A DNA stretch of 19,265 nt from a candidate division WOR-3 bacterium (lineage in GTDB: Bacteria; Hydrothermota; Tepidihabitantia; SM23-42; CAYGYG01): NCBI GenBank assembly GCA_965648915.1, contig CBFGIV010000043.1:1-19265 (forward strand), given 5' to 3'. The notes under the pieces were generated by a model. It searched no databases. It had not been told where the DNA came from and saw nothing but the letters and a program-made list of their open reading frames with translations. Of this stretch, positions 8,905-17,477 are shown piece by piece. The position numbers and the translations under genes were made by a program. The stretch's first letter is position 1. Every line of letters starts with the position of its first letter.

Positions 8905-10047
8905 TTACTGAAGCGCATTCGCAATTAAGTTGACCAAATTTATGATTTCGATCTTAAAATCTTCTGGAGCACCTGAGGGTGTCTCTTTCATTGCACAACT
9001 AAAGTGGATTTCACACTTGGGACAGGCAGTTACAAGCAAATTCGCGCCGGTCTCTTTTGCCTCTTTTAATCTTGTTATCTGTATTCTCTTTGAATAGTTT
9101 GAACAGTTCATCCAGGCACTGACCCCGCAACAGATTGCCCGGTTCTTACTGTGTCTCATCTCTTTCAATAAAATTTTCGGGATTGAATTAAGTATGCTTC
9201 TTGGTTGATCGTAGATTCCGAGGTGCCTTCCCAATCGACAGGGATCCTGGTATGTAATAATCCGGTCGATTTCTTTTAATCTTATCTTTTTTTCATCTAT
9301 TGCCCGGGTAATTATCTCCGAGATATGATACATCTCAATATTAAAATCAAAATATTTTGTATAATCTGTTTTGAATGTTCTATAGCATTCAGGACAGGTA
9401 AAGATTATTTTCTTTACTCCGGAATTTCTTATTAGATTTATGTTTAACTGAGCGAGCCTTTTGAAATTCTCAAAATCACCCTGCCATAATAGATCATGGC
9501 CGCAGCACCGTTCTTCTTTAAGTAAAACCGGGACTATCCCGATATGATTTAAAATCTGGATACTTGCATTCGCGCCCGAAGTGGGCATTACACTGATATC
9601 ACTGAACAGGACATCAAAGAATGGTGCACAGCCCACAAAATATAATGTATCACTACTATCGCTTATCTTCAGATTCTTATCAATCCAATCCATCCGTCTG
9701 GGAGTGAGTGTGGGTGAAGACATAATCCGCATAAAATACTGTGCCGCACCGCCGTGTGAACAGATTGCCTCTTCGCCGAGTCGCTGTGCCTCAAGTCTAA
9801 TCGTCTGAATTAATTCGATATATTTTATATCGGCCGGGCATTGTTCGTCACAGAGTCTGCAGGTCAGGCAGGCCCAGATGTTCTTATCCTTGAGCAGGTC
9901 TTCACTGGCGCCGTTTAAGGATTTATTGAGGAGAATACGCGGTGAATAACCCCGATTGAATTTCGATACCGGGCAGATACCGGTGCATTTGCCGCACTCG
10001 ATACAGAGGAGGGCCTTCGATTTTTTAATTGCGTCGGATAAAAGCAT
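8905..10047 (-). CDS. HdrD/GlpC-like Fe-S oxidoreductase (two ferredoxin motifs plus two CCG domains)
   Basis: CIECGKCTGICP, CLTCRLCDEQCP, YFVGC...CCG...CPEC, YQDPCRLGRH...CCG...TACPKC. Confidence 0.9.
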   Translation of the reverse strand: MLLSDAIKKSKALLCIECGKCTGICPVSKFNRGYSPRILLNKSLNGASEDLLKDKNIWACLTCRLCDEQCPADIKYIELIQTIRLEAQRLGEEAICSHGGAAQYFMRIMSSPTLTPRRMDWIDKNLKISDSSDTLYFVGCAPFFDVLFSDISVMPTSGANASIQILNHIGIVPVLLKEERCCGHDLLWQGDFENFKRLAQLNINLIRNSGVKKIIFTCPECYRTFKTDYTKYFDFNIEMYHISEIITRAIDEKKIRLKEIDRIITYQDPCRLGRHLGIYDQPRSILNSIPKILLKEMRHSKNRAICCGVSAWMNCSNYSKRIQITRLKEAKETGANLLVTACPKCEIHFSCAMKETPSGAPEDFKIEIINLVNLIANALQ

Positions 10048-10126
10048 AATTTAAATCTTTCATTTCAGTAAATAGAAAATAATCCTGATTCCCCAGATTA
10101 TGCATTTTATACCTGTGCTGTTTAGA

Positions 10127-10639
10127 TTAGAGTTCTTTAGGTCTGTCGATAGAATTTTTGCTTGCATCATAGTTAGGGTTTCCCATTTTATTCTTCTTTC
10201 TTATCGGTGATGGGCCAAGTTTGTAGATTACTTCAGTAAACTCTTTTGCCACCCGGGCAAACTTTGCTGTCTCGGCTGCCGAGATCCAGTCGAGCCGGAG
10301 TCGCTCTTTTTCAATACCCAACATCTCAACAAGTCTTTCAGTTATCTTATGGACATCAGCCGCTTTACGGGCACCAAAGATATAATGGCAGTCTTCAAAA
10401 TGGCAGGTAGCGACAAGAACTCCATCGGCGCCTAATTCAAAGGCCTTCAAGACAAGGGCAGGTGTCACCCGACCACCGCACATAACCCGGATAATCTTGA
10501 GATTGGATGGATACTGGAGTCTTGCAACACCCGCGCCATCTGCCGCAGGATAGGAGCACCAGTTGCAACAATAGGCGACAATTTTAGGTTCAAAACCACG
10601 GTTGGATGGTTGGATGGTTTGATGGTTTGATGGTTTCAT
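10127..10639 (-). CDS. mvhD: MvhD/FlpD [2Fe-2S] subunit; its N-terminal ~13 residues are translated repeat sequence
   Basis: FEPKIVAYCCNWCSY, RVMCGGRV, TCHFEDCHY, ERLRLDWISAAE. Confidence 0.93.
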   Translation of the reverse strand: MKPSNHQTIQPSNRGFEPKIVAYCCNWCSYPAADGAGVARLQYPSNLKIIRVMCGGRVTPALVLKAFELGADGVLVATCHFEDCHYIFGARKAADVHKITERLVEMLGIEKERLRLDWISAAETAKFARVAKEFTEVIYKLGPSPIRKKNKMGNPNYDASKNSIDRPKEL

Positions 10640-10667
10640 CGTTTATGGTTTGATTGTTGCAAGGGTT
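10598..10667. repeat. tandem array of about 8-9 degenerate 8-nt units, (G/T)GATGGTT on the plus strand
   Basis: ACGGTT GGATGGTT GGATGGTT TGATGGTT TGATGGTT TCATCGTT TATGGTT TGATTGTT GCAAGGGTT. Confidence 0.9.
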
Positions 10668-10899
10668 TTTTATTGGTTCCACTTTCGAAACCTTCAGCAA
10701 TATTTGCCATTATGGAAAGTGCGGAACTCTTTAATTGATTACAAAGGGTAAAATCTTTTCTAAGAACAGATTTATTAAAAATATTAGAAAACATTTTCCT
10801 CAACTTTCGCGCTTCTTTCCAACAATTCAAGTCCTCAAACTTTGTTATTTTCAGCTGTTTCTCCTTTTTTAACCATAAACCATCGAACCATAACCCCAT
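10636..10899 (-). pseudogene. C-terminally truncated four-helix-bundle protein (23S rRNA IVP/TIGR02436-like)
   Basis: KITKFEDLNCWKEARKL...KDFTLCNQLKSSALSIMANIAEGFES is the family N-terminal half; homology stops at GTNK where the repeat arm begins. The expected start has Shine-Dalgarno AAGGAG (10861-10866) but the codon is CTG (10854-10852). Confidence 0.8.
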
Positions 10900-10907
10900 T
10901 TAACCAA
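10871..10907. repeat. inverted arm of the same repeat family (AACCAT.. units), about 5 copies
   Basis: AACCATA AACCATCG AACCAT AACCCCATTT AACCAA; reverse-complementary to 10598-10667 and overlapping the hdrA stop codon. Confidence 0.8.
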
Positions 10908-13900
10908 ACAGCGCTTCAAGTTGTGCTTCGATCTGGTCTCTCTTGAAATGTTTCAAATCGATCGCCCCGGTCGGGCAGGCCGGAACGCAAGTCCCGCATC
11001 CTTTACAGAGCGCTTCATTAACTTGAGCAAAAAATATTCCAGTCTCGCTCTCGACAAGTTTAATTGCCTTAAATTCGCAGACCTCAGTGCACGCACCACA
11101 GCCCCGGCAGAGCACCTGGTCAACCTGCGAGGTTATCGGCGGCAAAACGATACTATCGCGACTCAATAGCGATGCCGCCTTCGACGCTACGGCTGAAGCC
11201 TGGGAAATAGAATCACCGATATCCTGAGGGAACTGACAGCAGCCAGCCAGAAAGACACCTTCAACCGTAGTCTCAACCGGTCCGAACTTAGAATGGCGTT
11301 CAAGGAAAAATTGGTCGGCACCACGCGAAACTTTTAGTAAATCGGCAAGTCTTGTGGTCTCAACGCTGTTGGGAATCATACCTACCGAGAGGAAGATTGC
11401 ATCAACCGGTATAATCACCCGACCACCGATTGCTTCAAAATCCATCTCTAAGGCAGTTGCTTTTCCATCCTGACCAATAACCTCGGGTACTTTATCTTTT
11501 GCCAATTCTGAATAGGGAATGAATAATATACCGAGTTCTCGTGCCTCACGATACATCAGTTCGGCCCCTTTTGAGTAAACTCTGATCCCGCGATGAAAGA
11601 TAGTTACATCGCACCCCATCTTTCTCAGGACAATTGCCTGTTTGATTGCTGACTGACAGCAGTATCTTGAGCACCAGGTATTGCCCACTTCAGCCCTTGA
11701 ACCCACACACTGGATAAATGCTACACTTTTTAATCCTTTAAGCCTCTCAAAATTGTTGATCAAAATCTCTTCCAATTCCATACTGGTATAAACATTGGAA
11801 AACTCCCCATAGCCAAATTTGTCCAGGGGTTTGTAAAGATCCGCACCGATTGCCAGGATTATAGCCCCGGCTGATAAAACTTTTCTTTCGTTCTGCGAAA
11901 AGATCTCCACTTCAAAATTTCCAATAAAACCTTTGATATTTTTTATTTCGGTGTTAGTATAGACCTGGACACTTTTCTTCTTTAATGCCTGTTCAATTTC
12001 CTCGATCAAGACCGAACCGGGTTTGCCGCTCGGATAGACATTTGCCAGTTCCCGGACCCGCCCACCCAGTCGGGATCTCTTCTCAATCAGATGAACCTTA
12101 AAACCGCGATCTGCCAGGTCGAGAGCCGCCTGCATACCTGAGATCCCACCGCCGATGATAACTATATCCCGGCCGACATTAAGGATTTTTGGTTCAAGGG
12201 GCACCAACCGCTTAACCCTCGCTACCGACATCCGGATAATCTCTTTTGCCTTTTCCGTGGCGACTTCGGGTTCACGCTGGTGCACCCAGGAACACTGGTT
12301 ACGAATATTTGCCATATCAAAGAGATAAGGATTGAAACCGATCTTGAGGAGTGTCTCCTGAAATATTGGTTCGTGTGTCTTGGGCGTGCAGGCCGCGACA
12401 ACGATTCGGTTAAGTCTGTGTTCGATGATGCTTTCCTGAATCTTTCGCTGGACACTCTCGGCACAGGCAAAGAGATAATCATCAACAAAGACAACATTGG
12501 GCAGGGTTGCTGAATATCTTTTTAATTCTTCAATACTCAAGACCGCACTGATATTAAGACCGCAATGGCAGACAATAACACCGATCCTCGCTTCGCCTGA
12601 TAAATCTAACGGAACAATCTCTGCCTTCTTCTCTTCAATCTCTTCGCCAGCCATTAAAACACCGGCCTTGGCCGCGGCGCCGCAGGCCTCAGCAATCGAA
12701 TCGGTGATATCTTTGGGCGCGGTTCCGCAACCCGCCAGAAAGATACCTGCTCGACTTGACTCCAGAGGATGAGAACAGGGATCTTGCTCTTTGAAAAATC
12801 CGTCGCGATCGAGTTCGATCCCAAGAATCCGGGCCAATTCCCAGGTTTTGGGACTCGGGATCAGCGCCGAGGAGAGAACCGCTATATCAACGATTAGGTC
12901 TTTGATCTCACCGGTCAATTGATCCTCATAGGCAAGTCGAAGTTCACCTGTCTTTTTATCTTCAATTATCTTTGATGGCTTACCTTTAATATACTTTATA
13001 CCTGCATCGAGCGAACGACGATAGAATTCCTCAAACCCTTTGCCAAAGGCACGGATATCGATATAAAAGACCAGGATTTCGGTATCTGGATAATGTTCTC
13101 TTATAACCAGTGCATCTTTAATCGTATTCATACAGCAGATCCGTGAGCAGTAATTGATATCCGCTTTTATATTGCGAGAGCCGACACACTGAATAAAGGC
13201 AACCCTCTTTGGCGGCCGGAGATGAGTAAAAGTCAATAGTTCGCCTCTGGTCGGGCTTGAGGCATCTAATAGCCGTTCCAGTTCAAAGCTCGTGACAACA
13301 TTCTCAAACCTTGTATAACCATATTCGCTCGCCTCTCTCGGGTCATAATATTCAACCCCGGTTGCAACGACGATGGCACCAACTCTCAATGTTAAACTTT
13401 CTGCCCGCTCGTCAAAATTGATGCTCTGGGCTTTACAGACATCGAGACACTTCCCACAGGCAATGGGATTGTCTCCCAGACAGTCTTCTCTAACGCGCAC
13501 AAAGGCTGAAGGTACCGCCTGATTATATGGCGAAAAGATTGCTTTTCTCGATTTGAGGCCGAGATCAAATTCATTGGGCCTGGTAACCGGGCAGACCTTG
13601 GAACAGTCGCCGCAGGCCGTGCATCTGGTAATATCGACGTATCGGGGATACCTGATTATTTTAACACTGAAGTCACCTGCATCACCGCTGACCTCAGCCA
13701 CCTCACTATTTGTTAAGAGTTTGATGTTGGGATGTCGACCGACATCCATCATCTTGGGGCCGAGTATTCAAGCCGTGCAGTCCATCGAGGTGAAGATCTT
13801 ATGGAGTTGAGCCATCCGACCGCCGATAATGGGGGAACTCTCAATCAGATAGACTTTAAACTGGGAGTTTGCCAGATCGAGGGCGGTCTGGAGACCAGCG

Positions 13901-13935
13901 ATACCTCCACCGATGATCAGAACACCTTTTTGCAT
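10900..13935 (-). CDS. hdrA: large double-module HdrA-like flavoprotein; selenoprotein (Sec56), 1011 aa
   Basis: The frame extends upstream of the 950-aa ORF through TGA (13768-13770): [72 protein letters not shown] at 13935 with AGGAGG at 13939-13944. Two GxGxxG FAD motifs, two QCVGSR/CSRxCC motifs and an internal CHCGLNI domain. Confidence 0.95.
13723..13767 (-). promoter_or_regulatory. putative bacterial SECIS element of the large hdrA
   Basis: Identical hairpin GGAUGUC-GGUC-GACAUCC (13730-13747) 20 nt 3' of the UGA, extendable by GAUG/CAUC pairing. Confidence 0.75.
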
Positions 13936-13950
13936 TGTCCTCCTTGGAAT

Positions 13951-14015
13951 ATGGTTGAATAGTTAGATGGTTTGATGGTTAATTAATGTTGACCATCTCT
14001 AACCATCATCTAACC
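13951..14015. repeat. compact inverted-repeat element built from the same GATGGTT/AACCATC units, with no enclosed gene
   Basis: ATGGTT GAATAGTT AGATGGTT TGATGGTT - AATTAATGTT - GACCATCTCT AACCATCATCT AACC fills the gap between the gamma-subunit stop and the hdrA Shine-Dalgarno. Confidence 0.8.
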
Positions 14016-14560
14016 TACATCCTGGACAACAATTGCTTCCCGAATTCGTAACCTTTCTCAAAGGCTCTGAGATTTAGTGGAACTGCTTTTTCCGGAACAG
14101 AATCCGGGATAGATTTCTTCATCGATTCATAACTGACAACATCGGTAACAGCCGTAAAGAAACCGAGCATTACAACATTGGCGATTATCCGGTTGCCGAG
14201 TTCTTCAGCAAATCTGGTGGCGGGTATGGCGAATAGTTTGATCTGACCACGCGGTGGTTTTGGGCGGACAAGATCCTCATCGATTAACAGCAATGCCTGT
14301 TCTTTCATCTCCGGTTCAAATTTGTTATAACCCTCCTGGGACATTGCGACAAAGATATCCGAGGTCGTAACATAGGGATAAAGAACTCGACTCTCAGAAA
14401 CAACAACCTGGGCACTGCAGGCACCACCTCTTGACTCCGGGCCAAAATCCTGGGTCAGGGTGGCAAACTTATTATCGTAAAGCGATGCCGCCCGGCCCAC
14501 AATATATCCTGACCTGATTATTCCCTGGCCACCATAACCGGCAAATCTAATCTCAAACAT
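14015..14560 (-). CDS. korC: 2-oxoacid:ferredoxin oxidoreductase gamma subunit
   Basis: EIRFAGYGGQG, FGPESRGGACSAQVVVS, ANVVMLG, NLRAFEKG. Confidence 0.92.
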   Translation of the reverse strand: MFEIRFAGYGGQGIIRSGYIVGRAASLYDNKFATLTQDFGPESRGGACSAQVVVSESRVLYPYVTTSDIFVAMSQEGYNKFEPEMKEQALLLIDEDLVRPKPPRGQIKLFAIPATRFAEELGNRIIANVVMLGFFTAVTDVVSYESMKKSIPDSVPEKAVPLNLRAFEKGYEFGKQLLSRM

Positions 14561-15308
14561 TTTTAACTCCGTAAGGTGTAAACTTATCTTTCAATACTTT
14601 ACTGAGCTGGGCATTATAGATATCAAAAAAGGTTGGTCGATCTTTATCAACAAATCTACCGACGGCAATCGAACTATCATCAGTGATCTCAATCTTTCTG
14701 GGGTTCTCGCCATTTTTAATAACTGAGTTTTCATAATAAAATCTTGCTAAATCAAGATCGATTTTTTCAAACCCCGAATAGTAGTCAGCACCAGGGGCCA
14801 AGATTTCAATTGTTGATAGGCCTGGTTTATTCAAGGCCTCGGCCAAAGAGTCGATTAACTCTGCAGTATGGAAGAGAGTCCAGCGGGCTATATATGATGC
14901 ACCGCAGGAATTACTAAGATGGGGGATATTAAACGGTTTCTCAAATATTGAATAGACAGAAAAATTTTGATCCTTAACCGGCGCCTGTTTTCCAGCAATT
15001 TTTTTGTAAATATAATTGTTTATACAGATGATCAACATATCTATATTGCGGCGTGCGGCGTGAACAAAATGATTCCCGCCGATCGTCATCAAATCACCAA
15101 CTACAGGTATCAATTTCAAATCAGGATTGGCCAGTTTCATACCACTACCGAAAGCGATCGCCCGGCCGCGAGGAATCTGAAAAAAGTCGACTCCCAACTC
15201 TTTAGTCTCACCCGGTGGAAAGGGAATATCTGAAACAATAGAGATTCTTACCGGATTTATGCCTGATTTTTCAATACCCTTCAAGAATGTCGATAACAGT
15301 ATATTCAT
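14553..15308 (-). CDS. degenerate 2-oxoacid:ferredoxin oxidoreductase beta-like subunit (beta2)
   Basis: Clear paralog of 16551..17420 (GRAIAF, IGGNHFVHAARRNIDML, YIARWT) but lacks WCxGC, GIGC and SPC, and has VVGDL in place of SGDGDL. Confidence 0.8.
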   Translation of the reverse strand: MNILLSTFLKGIEKSGINPVRISIVSDIPFPPGETKELGVDFFQIPRGRAIAFGSGMKLANPDLKLIPVVGDLMTIGGNHFVHAARRNIDMLIICINNYIYKKIAGKQAPVKDQNFSVYSIFEKPFNIPHLSNSCGASYIARWTLFHTAELIDSLAEALNKPGLSTIEILAPGADYYSGFEKIDLDLARFYYENSVIKNGENPRKIEITDDSSIAVGRFVDKDRPTFFDIYNAQLSKVLKDKFTPYGVKNV

Positions 15309-16549
15309 TTGTGGGATTTATAACCCTGTTCAAATACTACTTTTTCAAGCCTCGTCTTGAATTCAAAGACCTCTTCGATCTTCAAGTTACTTTTGGCGGC
15401 AAACTCAATCGCTTCTGCAATATCTTCGGGGTGATGAACTCCGGCACCACCATGGGGTACCAGAACAACATTGGCCTTACCGTGACTGCACCGAGCGACC
15501 TCGAAGGCAATCTGTCCATAGTTAATTTCGGGCACAACAAAAGCCTTAATATGAGCGGCAATCTCTGATATCCTTTCATCCGGAAATGGCCAGACCGTGA
15601 CCAACCTCAGCGTCCCGACTTTTACACCCTTTGCCCTTGCAATTTCCACTCCCTTGATGGCTACCCTTGATGAGATCCCAAAGGAGACAACAACGACGTC
15701 CGCATCGGCTGTATTCTCCTCTTTGATCTCGATGATCTTATGCTTATTGAGCCGGACCTTATCAACCAGTCGTCGGACATATTGAGATTTAAATTCCTCG
15801 TTTCTTATTGGAAATCCCCTTTCATCATGAACCGCACCCGTAATATGTAGTCGGAGACCATCTCCAGCTTTAGCCATTTTGGGGATAAGATCCTCGTCTG
15901 GTTTAAAAGGTAGATATTCATCAGGTGGCCCCTGATAAAATCTTCGGGGTTCGATTTCAATCTGATCTGCTGGTGGGATGACCACTTTTTCCGTCATATG
16001 CCCAACGCATTCGTCAGTCATAATCATTACCGGACAGCGATACTTTTCAGCCAGATTAAATGCCTTTATTGTGTGATCGAACAACTCCTGTGGTGAATCG
16101 GGTGCCAGGGCAATGATCTCGTAATCTCCGTGCGAACCCCATCTCGATTGCATAATATCCGCCTGCCCGGTTTTTGTGGGAACACCGGTTGATGGTCCGG
16201 TCCGCTGGACATTAAGTAAAACAAAAGGAGTCTCCAGGGCAGCACCATACCCGATCGCTTCCATCATCAAAGAATAACCCGGGCCCGAAGTGATGGTCAT
16301 TGCCTTGACGCCAGCCCAGACGGCACCTATTACCGCAGAAATAGAAGCGAGTTCATCTTCCATCTGGAGGAATAATGCGCCCGCCTGCGGAGCAATTCGA
16401 GCAAAAGCCTCGGCCGCTTCAGTTGATGGTGTAATGGGATAGCCAGCAATGAATCGGCATCCGGCAGCCAATGCACCATAGCCAGCTGCGACATCCCCAT
16501 CTATGTAATAGACACCGGTATTGACATCTCGGGGATTAGCCTTGGGCAT
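15305..16549 (-). CDS. korA: 2-oxoacid:ferredoxin oxidoreductase alpha subunit (alpha2, canonical motifs), 414 aa
   Basis: GYPITPSTE, QMEDE, TSGPG, NVQRTGPSTG. Start reassigned to ATG 16549 (MPKANP; GGAG upstream, 1 nt after the beta stop) to avoid a 131-nt overlap. Confidence 0.92.
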   Translation of the reverse strand: MPKANPRDVNTGVYYIDGDVAAGYGALAAGCRFIAGYPITPSTEAAEAFARIAPQAGALFLQMEDELASISAVIGAVWAGVKAMTITSGPGYSLMMEAIGYGAALETPFVLLNVQRTGPSTGVPTKTGQADIMQSRWGSHGDYEIIALAPDSPQELFDHTIKAFNLAEKYRCPVMIMTDECVGHMTEKVVIPPADQIEIEPRRFYQGPPDEYLPFKPDEDLIPKMAKAGDGLRLHITGAVHDERGFPIRNEEFKSQYVRRLVDKVRLNKHKIIEIKEENTADADVVVVSFGISSRVAIKGVEIARAKGVKVGTLRLVTVWPFPDERISEIAAHIKAFVVPEINYGQIAFEVARCSHGKANVVLVPHGGAGVHHPEDIAEAIEFAAKSNLKIEEVFEFKTRLEKVVFEQGYKSHK

Positions 16550-16550
16550 A

Positions 16551-17420
16551 TTATAACTCCGGGCTTTCCGAAAGCCATCGTGTGAACGACTCAGTATAAG
16601 TTGGCCTTTCCCGGTCAACAAATTTCCCGCAGATAATTTTGGTCTGGAAACCGATATCGAGATTTCTCGTATCTTCGCCATGTCTTATTTCACAATTATC
16701 GTGATAGAATTTCATCATATCCAGACCATCACCGAGTCGATTGATTCTTGAATAATATTGAGCACAGGGTGAAATGACCTCAATCACCGAAAAGCCACGT
16801 TTATTGAAGGCTTCAACAATCGAATTGGTCAATCTCCGGACATCGAGCACGGTCCATCTTGCCACATATACCGCTCCCGAGGAATCGGCAAGATATGGGA
16901 CATTGAAGGGCGATTCAAAACACCCAAAGGGACTTGTGGTGGCGTAGGCACCGAGCGGGGTGGTTGGTGCAACCTGCCCGCCCGTCATAGCATAGATAAA
17001 ATTAGTAACACAGATTACCAGCATATCGATATTTCTTCTTGCCGCATGGATAAAATGGTTACCACCAATTGCAATCAGATCACCGTCACCGGAAATGACT
17101 ACAGTCTTGATTTCGGGATTGCCCAGTTTGATACCGGTGGCGAAAGCAACGGCCCGACCGTGGGTAGTGTGGAAAGAATCGAGTTTGATATATCCCGCAA
17201 CCCGACCGGTGCAACCGATACCGGAAACAACCGCTACTTTATTCAAGTCAAACTTTGCCTTTTCCAATGCCGCCGCAAAAGCGGTTACCACCAGACCAAT
17301 TCCACATCCCGTGCACCAGATATGGGGCATACGATCCATCCGCAGGATGTTTTCCATTGGATGGACATCGTCTACTTTCTCTCGTTTTGCCTGAATAGTC
17401 TCGACCTTTATCTCATCCAT
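16551..17420 (-). CDS. korB: 2-oxoacid:ferredoxin oxidoreductase beta subunit (beta1, canonical)
   Basis: WCTGCG, SGIGC, HGRA, TPP motif GDGD...N, YAMTGGQ, SPC; Shine-Dalgarno GAGGTG. Confidence 0.93.
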   Translation of the reverse strand: MDEIKVETIQAKREKVDDVHPMENILRMDRMPHIWCTGCGIGLVVTAFAAALEKAKFDLNKVAVVSGIGCTGRVAGYIKLDSFHTTHGRAVAFATGIKLGNPEIKTVVISGDGDLIAIGGNHFIHAARRNIDMLVICVTNFIYAMTGGQVAPTTPLGAYATTSPFGCFESPFNVPYLADSSGAVYVARWTVLDVRRLTNSIVEAFNKRGFSVIEVISPCAQYYSRINRLGDGLDMMKFYHDNCEIRHGEDTRNLDIGFQTKIICGKFVDRERPTYTESFTRWLSESPEL

Positions 17421-17477
17421 TTATTCACCTCAAGCAGACTATCTTTAAGTTTTTCATTTTTGAAGGAGTATCAGGGA

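Noticed and set aside
10127..10639. Selenocysteine in the MvhD modules or other Hdr subunits
   Set aside because: All their motif cysteines are ordinary Cys codons in open frames; I found no further in-frame TGA with continuing homology.
10598..10907. CRISPR array or diversity-generating retroelement
   Set aside because: The units are 7-9 nt with no spacers. There is no cas gene, no reverse transcriptase and no TR/VR pair in the window, despite the Avd-like fold family.
4029..13935. Methanogenic archaeal origin suggested by hdr/mvhD genes
   Set aside because: Sigma70-type promoters and SECIS-like hairpins inside the coding region directly after UGA are bacterial features.
16550..16681. N-terminal 44 aa of the 458-aa ORF
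   Set aside because: It overlaps the beta1 gene; homology to alpha1 and a Shine-Dalgarno support the start at 16549.
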